Both the position numbers and the translations under genes were made by a program. DNA of 64,000 nucleotides from assembly GCA_963667175.2 (NCBI GenBank), contig CAXXXF010000006.1:256001-320000 (forward strand), read 5' to 3'. The notes under the pieces were generated by a model. That model did no database searches. It saw only the letters and a program-made list of their open reading frames with translations, and had not been told where the DNA came from. Shown one piece after another: positions 56,820 through 64,000 of the stretch. Each line of letters begins with the position of its first letter. The first letter of the stretch is position 1. Source of the DNA: Candidatus Latescibacterota bacterium (GTDB taxonomy: Bacteria; Latescibacterota; UBA2968; GCA-2709665).

Positions 56820-56866
56820 TTAAAAACGGGCGGCGACCGGGCTTTAGAGTCCCGGGCGCCGCCCGT
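56820..56866 (-). terminator. Intrinsic terminator after the PorV-like gene
   Basis: Minus strand acgggcggcg...cgccgcccgt followed by tttt. Confidence 0.8.
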
Positions 56867-56936
56867 CGGTTCATTCGCCGACAAAGCGCCGGATTAAATT
56901 ACACTTGAATCCACTCCGCCGCTTTGCGGGGTGGAC

Positions 56937-57929
56937 TTAGAACGTACCGCCGACGGAAACGCGGATCGGCGGATCGAACATGACGACACCGTCGTTCTTC
57001 TGCAGGAGCGAAACCGCCACGTCCGCCGTGATGGTACGGCCCCCGAAGGTCTGCTTCAGGCCCGCGCCCACGGCAATGCTCTCGAGGTCGTAGTTCCACT
57101 TCCAGCCTGCGCGCAACGCGAGCGCGTTCTGCAGCCACAACTCGGCGCCGAAATGCCAGCGCTGCTCAAAGTCCACGAAAAACGCGCTTTCCACGGACGC
57201 CGTAAGGTAGGACGGATCGCCCTTTTCACCATAGATTTCCGCGGCAACGCCGATATTGTAGACAAGCGGCAACAGGTATGCGTTGTCGCCCGACTTGCGG
57301 TCAGGGCCGAAATTCCTGAACGCCATCGCGATACGAAGGCTCCGGAAGCCCGTATAGAAGAAACTGCCCACGTCCACCGTAAAGCCCGTGGTCTTCACCG
57401 TGTAGAGTTTCTCCTGGACGTAATTCGCTTTCGCGCTGAAAGAAAACTTGTCGGTGAATTTGATCGCATAGAGCAAACCGACGGAGATATTGTGTACCAC
57501 CACGTCCTGCCCGGTGCCGGTGGGCTGATAGATTGTGGTCTCCTTGGAGGGCTTCGGGTTGTGGGACACGACCGTGAGCCCAAGGACCTCGCCCCGAGCG
57601 GACCGCGTGTTCCATACGGCGGCAGCCGAGTACAACTGGGTGTCGAGCAGAAAGCGCGTCCAGTTCGCCTGGTAGGCCACGCGCTCCACATGCACAAGCC
57701 CGGAACCGTTCCAGAAGATCGCATTGATGTCGTCGGCGACGGCGGTAAACGCATCGCCCATGGCCACGGCCCGGGCGCCCTGGCCGATCTTCAGGAACTG
57801 CATCCCGGAAATGTTAACTTTCTTGACACCGTACTCTCCGGTCACCCCGCCCCACTTCACTGCCAAAGCCGGTGAAGCGGCAAGCATCAGGGCCAAGACC
57901 GACGTAATGATGAACATACTTCTTTTCAC
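56937..57929 (-). CDS. PorV/PorQ family outer membrane barrel protein
   Basis: Signal peptide, QFLKIGQGARAVAMGDAFTAVADDINAIFWN, RNFG, LALRAG, C-terminal Phe. Confidence 0.88.
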   Translation of the reverse strand: MKRSMFIITSVLALMLAASPALAVKWGGVTGEYGVKKVNISGMQFLKIGQGARAVAMGDAFTAVADDINAIFWNGSGLVHVERVAYQANWTRFLLDTQLYSAAAVWNTRSARGEVLGLTVVSHNPKPSKETTIYQPTGTGQDVVVHNISVGLLYAIKFTDKFSFSAKANYVQEKLYTVKTTGFTVDVGSFFYTGFRSLRIAMAFRNFGPDRKSGDNAYLLPLVYNIGVAAEIYGEKGDPSYLTASVESAFFVDFEQRWHFGAELWLQNALALRAGWKWNYDLESIAVGAGLKQTFGGRTITADVAVSLLQKNDGVVMFDPPIRVSVGGTF

Positions 57930-57954
57930 GTCATTTCCTCCTTGTTTGAGCCCG

Positions 57955-60444
57955 CTACTTGATCAGCACGAAGCTGCCTCGTCGGGTCTCTCCGCCGGAT
58001 ACGACGACGAAATAATACAGACCGGTCTGCACCTGGCCGGCGATATTGAATGAGGTCTGACGAAACTCGGTCTCACCCTTTGTGAGCGGGGTCCGGTCCG
58101 TGGTTTCCACACGGTCGCCGGAGGCCGAGTAAATGTGAATGACCGCGTCCGCAGTCAGACCCACGACGCGAATGTTGATGGAGTTGGGATACTGGTGAAC
58201 GCCGTCCACGTAGTACGGATTCGGTACGATGAGCACCTCTTCCGGGAGGCTGGACAGCAGGGCCTGGAAGGGCTTGCGGTTGTCGCCGTCGTACGTCCTG
58301 GCTGTCGCCGGCCCCCAGCCGCTTTCATACCCCCTCCGGATATTGGCCTGCACGCGTTCGCTGGGGATATCGTCGATGGTCATCCCGCTGTTCCACGTGT
58401 AGGACTCCACGCCGCTCGCGTACGGGCGCGCCGAATAGAAGTACGAAAAGCCTGCCGTCGTCTCCAGGTCTTCAAATTCATAGACGCCATCCGCATTGAT
58501 GCCCCATTCTGCACGATCCAGGCCCGCCGGATTCTTGGAGGACCCACTGGAACCGTTCTCGATGATCCCGTACAGCTCCCACGGGCCCCAGGAGAACCAC
58601 TCGGACTTATAGACGCGATAGCCGAGGATATCCTGCTCGCCCGTGTACGGATTGACCGCAGACTCGGACTCCCTTCCCCACCTGATCAATTGCTTGGCCC
58701 GGGTGGAGGAGGTGAGATTGTTGGCGGAAATATAGGCCTCAGTGGGCGAGGCGGGCACCTGGTAGTTGTTGTCGTAGACCCAGTGGGCCAGCTTCAGGTT
58801 CTCCAGGGCGGCCTTCTCGCCGTTGGTCTTGACCTTCTGTATCTTGGCCTCAGGGCTCTCACTCCCCCGGTCCCATTTGATCAGGCCGACGTCCTGCTCG
58901 TTGGCGGGAATCGGCTCGAGCAGCGACGGGTGGCCGGCGCCCCAGGAAAAAACGAGCTTTACGGACTCATCCACACCCACGTTATATGGCCCGTAAACCG
59001 TCATATCATGGAACACCTTGCGCGTGGAAACGTCGCCTTCGTCCGGATTGGCCTGAAAACCGGTGGTCGTTATGACGCCGGCGAGTTGCGCAGCGGTGTG
59101 GGTGGTGTACGTCGGGTCGTCAAAGTCGCCCGTGGAACGCGCCAGCCACCACTGGAACGAACGCGGCTGCATGGCTTCACCCGGCTGCACGTATTTGCCA
59201 CGGTCGGCCTCGTTGAACGAGAACTTCCCGGCGTCGTCCGCATACGCGAGAGGCGCCATGAAATAGGTGCTTGGCGCTCTCGGCTGGCCTTCCGTCTGCT
59301 GGATATTGTAGCTCGAAGGCACGATCGCCTTGTAGAACGGATCGCCGGTATCGTCATGCGAGGAAAACGGATTGTCGGAGTCCCTGCGGATGACCGCGCG
59401 CATGTCCTCGCCCGCGAACGCGCCGTTCGCCGAGTAGGCATTCGGATATCCGTCGGCCTCGGTATACCACATCGTGTCGTCCATCCCGCGGGCATTCGAG
59501 GCGTAGAAGTTCCACCCGAATTCCTCGAGAATGCCCATCGCCGTCATAGCGGCCACGTTCTTGAACGCGATGTAGAGGTTGTTGATGGGGCCCGGCGCCT
59601 CGCCGACGCCGTCACCGTTGAAGTCGCCGGTGTTGGTGAAGGTGAGGTCCACGATGTAGAAGTCATCGAAATCCGGATTGGACCAGCTGTACACTCGCCG
59701 CGTGACGCGAATGCCGTTCTGCATGTCCACCCACTGGGCGATGATGGTCTCTTCCGGAATGGTCACGTCCACCAGGTTATGCGCACCCAGATTGTAATTG
59801 GCGATGTGGATGGGAGGGGTGCTAATAGGGTCGAATGTTCCAGTCTCCGGATTCACATTGTCATAAATGCTCCCATCATCTTCGCGGGTCAGCCCCGCCC
59901 AATAGTTGGACAGGGAACCCCCCGAGCCCTGTTCGCCCGGAGAGATGGCGCTGTTCGGCGACAATGTGAGTTCACTCAACGGATTGGGCTGGCCCCAATT
60001 TTCTTCGGGCTGGCCGATCGGATCGTAGGGAAGCGGCGTGTTATGTTCGGCAATCTGTGTATTCTCCCGAGGGCCGGTTACCGTGACGGTACCACGATCG
60101 GCGTTCAGAATCCAGATGCCCTCGCCGCCCGAGACCTTGTAGTCATTGTACATTTGCGACTTCTGATTGGACGTGAACTGCGAGAGCACACCGCCGAACG
60201 AACCCGGCCCGTTGCCGTTCCAGGGATAGGCGTTTCGCCTGTTGCCGCGCCCCCACTCCTGGTTGCCGCCCATCCCGCCGATGTTGTTGTAACTGTTGGA
60301 AATCAACGACCGCAGGTTATACCTGCTGGATACGTTGTCGGGCGTGGGCTGCGCATCGGCCGACTCCACCCAGAACCCGATCGCAAACAGGGCAAGGCAG
60401 GTAATTCCAGCCAACCCCTCAGTGATGAATTTCAGACGTTTCAT
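57955..60444 (-). CDS. Secreted protein with T9SS type A-like C-terminal sorting domain
   Basis: Signal peptide; FN3-like GYRVYKS...YEFED; C-terminal IVPNPY...IHIYSASGDRV...TGLYYFVV...GSFVLIK. Confidence 0.75.
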   Translation of the reverse strand: MKRLKFITEGLAGITCLALFAIGFWVESADAQPTPDNVSSRYNLRSLISNSYNNIGGMGGNQEWGRGNRRNAYPWNGNGPGSFGGVLSQFTSNQKSQMYNDYKVSGGEGIWILNADRGTVTVTGPRENTQIAEHNTPLPYDPIGQPEENWGQPNPLSELTLSPNSAISPGEQGSGGSLSNYWAGLTREDDGSIYDNVNPETGTFDPISTPPIHIANYNLGAHNLVDVTIPEETIIAQWVDMQNGIRVTRRVYSWSNPDFDDFYIVDLTFTNTGDFNGDGVGEAPGPINNLYIAFKNVAAMTAMGILEEFGWNFYASNARGMDDTMWYTEADGYPNAYSANGAFAGEDMRAVIRRDSDNPFSSHDDTGDPFYKAIVPSSYNIQQTEGQPRAPSTYFMAPLAYADDAGKFSFNEADRGKYVQPGEAMQPRSFQWWLARSTGDFDDPTYTTHTAAQLAGVITTTGFQANPDEGDVSTRKVFHDMTVYGPYNVGVDESVKLVFSWGAGHPSLLEPIPANEQDVGLIKWDRGSESPEAKIQKVKTNGEKAALENLKLAHWVYDNNYQVPASPTEAYISANNLTSSTRAKQLIRWGRESESAVNPYTGEQDILGYRVYKSEWFSWGPWELYGIIENGSSGSSKNPAGLDRAEWGINADGVYEFEDLETTAGFSYFYSARPYASGVESYTWNSGMTIDDIPSERVQANIRRGYESGWGPATARTYDGDNRKPFQALLSSLPEEVLIVPNPYYVDGVHQYPNSINIRVVGLTADAVIHIYSASGDRVETTDRTPLTKGETEFRQTSFNIAGQVQTGLYYFVVVSGGETRRGSFVLIK

Positions 60445-60524
60445 ATCCTTCTCTGCCTCCATTCGAAAGCACTCATCATGAGCAGGCGCGCGGGAAACGA
60501 CATCGCTTCCCGCGCGCCAGATTC

Positions 60525-63500
60525 TCACCAGTTAATGCGCAGCCCGAACTGGGCGAGACGCGGCGAATGCGCGTACGAACGATCCCGGCTGTCGCCGTAA
60601 TTCAGGTAATTCTTGTCGTCCGGCGCAGGCCCGTCCAATCCGATATACGTCCACATGCTCGCATTGGACGGGCTGGTACGGTCCTTCTGATTGAATACGT
60701 TCCGGATATCGGCGAAGAGCGTGGGCTGCACCCGACCGGTCACATTGAAAGTCTTCTCAATGGCGAAGTCGGTACGCGAATCCATCACGCGGTCACGCCA
60801 GTACCAATTGCCGCCTTCAGGCGGGTAGTATCTGAAGTTCCCGCCCGTCTGGATGCGGGAGGTGACGTTCATGCGGAGATTCTTGAGAACGGTACCGACA
60901 AAGGAATGACCGAACTCGAAATCGTCCGGGAACGACGCCAGAAGCGAGAAACTCCCGAAGTTCCGGCGGTCTCCGCTTTTGGGCCTCAGGAAATGCGTGT
61001 GATAACTGCCCGAGTTGATCTGAACGGAGCAGTTGGGGCCACAGTTGGCAAGGGCGGGGCTATCGACCGGACGCAAACCGTCCCAAATGCCCGGTCCCAA
61101 TTGACCGCCTTTCGCACGGGTGGAATTGATACGACGCTGGCCACCGAATTTGTACTCAGTCCCTGCGAATTTAACCAGATCGTCCCCGGTGAGCCGACGC
61201 GGCGCTTCGCTGCCGTCTGGAAGCGGGTCAAAATATACCCAGAAATTGGGGACGGTGATGCCACGGTCGGTGTACGCGTTGGTTGTGGCCAGATGCACCA
61301 CTGTAGCCGAGTCCATGTACACGTTGCGGATCACGTTGCCCAGCTTGCCCGTGGCGACCTGCGACCACTGGTAGTTGTAGGATACGTTGAACGAAAAATT
61401 GTGCGAGAAGGACTTGCGGATGGACATCTCCACGCCGCGGGTGTCGCCGTACGCGCCGTTGTCCAGGGTCCGCGAGTAGGAAATAGCGAAGTCCACGGGG
61501 CCGACCCACGTCTCGTTGGGATAGTGCGTGAAGTGGTCCACTTCGCTCTTGTAGTAGGCCGTTAACGTGGCGGTGTAGTCGCTCACGAAGTTCCAGTCGG
61601 CGCCCACCTCAAAGGCCGTGGTCTTGGCGGGTTGCAGCAGGTGCAGCCCGTTCTGACCCGAATAGGTGGTGCGGAAGTTGTTCAGCCGTTCCGTGGCGTC
61701 GACGCGACCGTTTTCGTTCACGTCCCGTTCACCGGCATCGCCGGAGGTCCAGTAGTCCTCCCCGAAATAGTACCAGAGATCGGCCCACTGCAGGAACACA
61801 CCCGTGGAGAACCGCATCTGCGACCGCTCCGTGATCGGATGCGACACACCGATCCGGGGGCTGAACTTCACGTGCCAGGGCGCGTCAGTGACCCACAGGG
61901 AGCCCTCCTGGTACGCCCAATCGCGCGCACGGGTGTAATAGCGGAACATGTCACTGCCCCGGAACGCGCCGAACGTCAACTGTCGGGAGTTCGGGTTGAA
62001 CGTGTCGAGGCGGATGCCCAGGTTCACGATCATCCCCTGGAACTCCATCTTATCCTGGAGGTAGGCGTTGAGGAAGAACGGCTTCACCTTCTCGCCCATC
62101 TGGCCTTCGTTCACGATCAGCCGCAGATTCCTGTGGGCCGGGGTCGAATCGTAGCGCAGAATCATCGTGATGGCGCTGGTCTGGTACTCAACCCCCGCCT
62201 TTATGAAGTTTCCTTTGGTTATCTGAGAGGACAGATCGACCTTGGCACCGATGCGCTGGCGGTCATACTGACCATATCGGGCGGCCTGGCGGCCGAGGCT
62301 GAACCACCCCGCCTGATCCCGGTAGATCTCCTTGGTCACTTCGTGGGTGCCGCTGAGGGTGTCCATCTTCGAACGGGAGTGCGAAATTCGCACTTCGTAG
62401 AACGTCCTGGGGGAAAGCGTGTGCGTGAACACCGCGTACTGCAGTTCTTCCCTGAGGTCGTGCAGTCCCGCCGCGGACCACTTCTCGGGCAGAAACAGGT
62501 CGCGGCCGGTGCCGCGCCGCATCGCGCCGCCGCCGCTGCCGTGACGCCCGCCGAAGAGATCCGGATTGCCGTTCGAATACCAGTCCCAACCCAGGTACAT
62601 GCCCCCCAACTTCAACTTGAGGTTGGCGGTCGGCTTGATGGTGAGACTTCCCGATACGTTAATATTGCCCGGATCGTCCTGGAAGCTTCCCCGGTCATCG
62701 TAGAAACCGACGCGCTCAGCCCGCGGCGTCACGGCCGCGTAACGCTCGTGTTTGGCCGTGGCCACGAACGAAGCCTTCTCTCCGATCGGGCCGGAAAGGT
62801 TGCCTTCGACGCCGAAACCGACCCATTCCGTGTAGTTCGTCCGGACGTGAACCAGTTCCCCCGCGATTTCCTCGAAAATGGGGTTGTTGATGTCACCGGA
62901 CAGGTCTGGAAATTTTTCGTTAGTCCACGTGGGGTCGTCCCACATCACCTTGTCCTGGTGCTGCGGCGAATCGTACACGTTCTCGCCCCAGTGCTTCTTG
63001 CCGGCGGGTTCGTAGCGGAACTCGCCCCAGCCGTTCAACTCACCACCGCCTTCTTTGGTTATGATCTGAACAACGCCGCCCTGGGCATTGCCGTATTCGG
63101 CGGGGGTGACCCCCGTGAGCACGGACAGTTCCTGGACGGCGCCGCGGTTCACCTGACGGTAGCGCCCGCCACGGCCGCGGCCGTCGTTGTGGTTCATCCG
63201 CACGCCGTCTACAATGTAGGCCACGTCACTGGCGTAATGGCCGGCGTCAACGTACGCGCCGCGAATCCGGTTGGATCCGTCGACCGCCACGCCCGGCTGC
63301 AGCTGCAGCAACTCGGACGTCCTGCGGGCCGACGCCAGGTTGCGCTCGGTTTCTTCGAGCGTAACCGTGTACTTGCTGGTGGTCTTGTCCGGCTCCACCA
63401 GGGGACGGCCGGCCGTCACGACCAGCTCGCCCAGCTCGAGGGCGGTCTCGTTGAGGTTGTAATTGATGGTGGTGGTATGGTCGGACGTTACATCCACTCC

Positions 63501-63767
63501 CGTCTGCGACACCGTCTCGTACCCGATCAGGGACGCGGAGAGGGTGTAGACGCCCGGCGAGATGTTGATGATGACGTAGTACCCGTCGGCATCGGCCGTG
63601 GAACCCAGATTCAGTTCCTTGATCACGACGTTGGCGCCGGGCAGCACTTCTCCGGCCTGATCGCGCACCACGCCGTTGATCTTGCCGGTGACGCCCGCCT
63701 GCAGGTCGCCAGTGACGAAGCAGGCTACCGCGACCGCGACTCCGAAAAACAGAAGCTTACGCTTCAT
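60525..63767 (-). CDS. TonB-dependent receptor
   Basis: GKING carboxypeptidase-regulatory-like N-domain, IRG...YIVDG plug, AEYGNAQGGVV, YLQDKMEF, SPRIGVSHPI, C-terminal FGLRINW. Confidence 0.92.
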   Translation of the reverse strand: MKRKLLFFGVAVAVACFVTGDLQAGVTGKINGVVRDQAGEVLPGANVVIKELNLGSTADADGYYVIINISPGVYTLSASLIGYETVSQTGVDVTSDHTTTINYNLNETALELGELVVTAGRPLVEPDKTTSKYTVTLEETERNLASARRTSELLQLQPGVAVDGSNRIRGAYVDAGHYASDVAYIVDGVRMNHNDGRGRGGRYRQVNRGAVQELSVLTGVTPAEYGNAQGGVVQIITKEGGGELNGWGEFRYEPAGKKHWGENVYDSPQHQDKVMWDDPTWTNEKFPDLSGDINNPIFEEIAGELVHVRTNYTEWVGFGVEGNLSGPIGEKASFVATAKHERYAAVTPRAERVGFYDDRGSFQDDPGNINVSGSLTIKPTANLKLKLGGMYLGWDWYSNGNPDLFGGRHGSGGGAMRRGTGRDLFLPEKWSAAGLHDLREELQYAVFTHTLSPRTFYEVRISHSRSKMDTLSGTHEVTKEIYRDQAGWFSLGRQAARYGQYDRQRIGAKVDLSSQITKGNFIKAGVEYQTSAITMILRYDSTPAHRNLRLIVNEGQMGEKVKPFFLNAYLQDKMEFQGMIVNLGIRLDTFNPNSRQLTFGAFRGSDMFRYYTRARDWAYQEGSLWVTDAPWHVKFSPRIGVSHPITERSQMRFSTGVFLQWADLWYYFGEDYWTSGDAGERDVNENGRVDATERLNNFRTTYSGQNGLHLLQPAKTTAFEVGADWNFVSDYTATLTAYYKSEVDHFTHYPNETWVGPVDFAISYSRTLDNGAYGDTRGVEMSIRKSFSHNFSFNVSYNYQWSQVATGKLGNVIRNVYMDSATVVHLATTNAYTDRGITVPNFWVYFDPLPDGSEAPRRLTGDDLVKFAGTEYKFGGQRRINSTRAKGGQLGPGIWDGLRPVDSPALANCGPNCSVQINSGSYHTHFLRPKSGDRRNFGSFSLLASFPDDFEFGHSFVGTVLKNLRMNVTSRIQTGGNFRYYPPEGGNWYWRDRVMDSRTDFAIEKTFNVTGRVQPTLFADIRNVFNQKDRTSPSNASMWTYIGLDGPAPDDKNYLNYGDSRDRSYAHSPRLAQFGLRINW

Positions 63768-63810
63768 TTTGAACCCTCCTTCGTTGAGTTGTTACCCCGG
63801 CTGCGGTGGA

Positions 63811-64000
63811 TTAGCGCCAGAAGTAGAACTTCATCTGTGCGCCGACGTCGACCATGTGAATCGGGCGCACTTTCTCCAGGCCATAGAACAACATATTGCG
63901 CAACTCACCCACGACGAAGTTGTAGCGAGCGCGCAGGTCAATGGCCAGGTTCTGCGTGACGAAACCCTCGACGCCCACGCCCGCGTTTGCGCCGATGGTG
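63811..64000 (-). CDS. C-terminal part of an outer membrane beta-barrel protein (partial)
   Basis: Manual translation TIGANAGVGVEGFVTQNLAIDLRARYNFVVGELRNMLFYGLEKVRPIHMVDVGAQMKFYFWR-stop. Confidence 0.75.
   Translation of the reverse strand, partial: TIGANAGVGVEGFVTQNLAIDLRARYNFVVGELRNMLFYGLEKVRPIHMVDVGAQMKFYFWR

Overview
GC-rich bacterial chromosomal window with about 50 genes and no rRNA, CRISPR array, prophage or transposase. GWxTD/TPR proteins, a TonB receptor next to a T9SS-like cargo and a PorV-like barrel, sulfatase-fold enzymes, a PhyH dioxygenase and a WD40 protein suggest a deep-branching FCB-group lineage such as Latescibacterota (inference only). Left third: an M81 peptidase, a CBS-korA-korB operon whose KorB carries a fused CBS pair, and a contiguous selA-selB-tRNA-Sec cluster. 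Middle: galU-like, mazG, purB, an enolase-sulfatase-aldolase operon and a long minus-strand catabolic run, then hicAB. Right third: an envelope locus with GT-C/TMTC-like membrane proteins, GWxTD-TPR, beta-barrels, a TonB receptor, a CTD cargo and PorV. Most notable observations: (1) a family of long strand-asymmetric modular repeats punctuating the envelope genes; (2) a 27-28 bp palindromic mini-element found nested in other repeats (with an empty-site copy in the window) and in frame inside a CDS; (3) a trypsin-like protease frame split by TGA-GAT-TGA in a Sec-encoding genome; (4) the KorB-CBS fusion; (5) the TonB receptor-CTD cargo-PorV module. All product calls come from motif recognition by eye; no database search was run.
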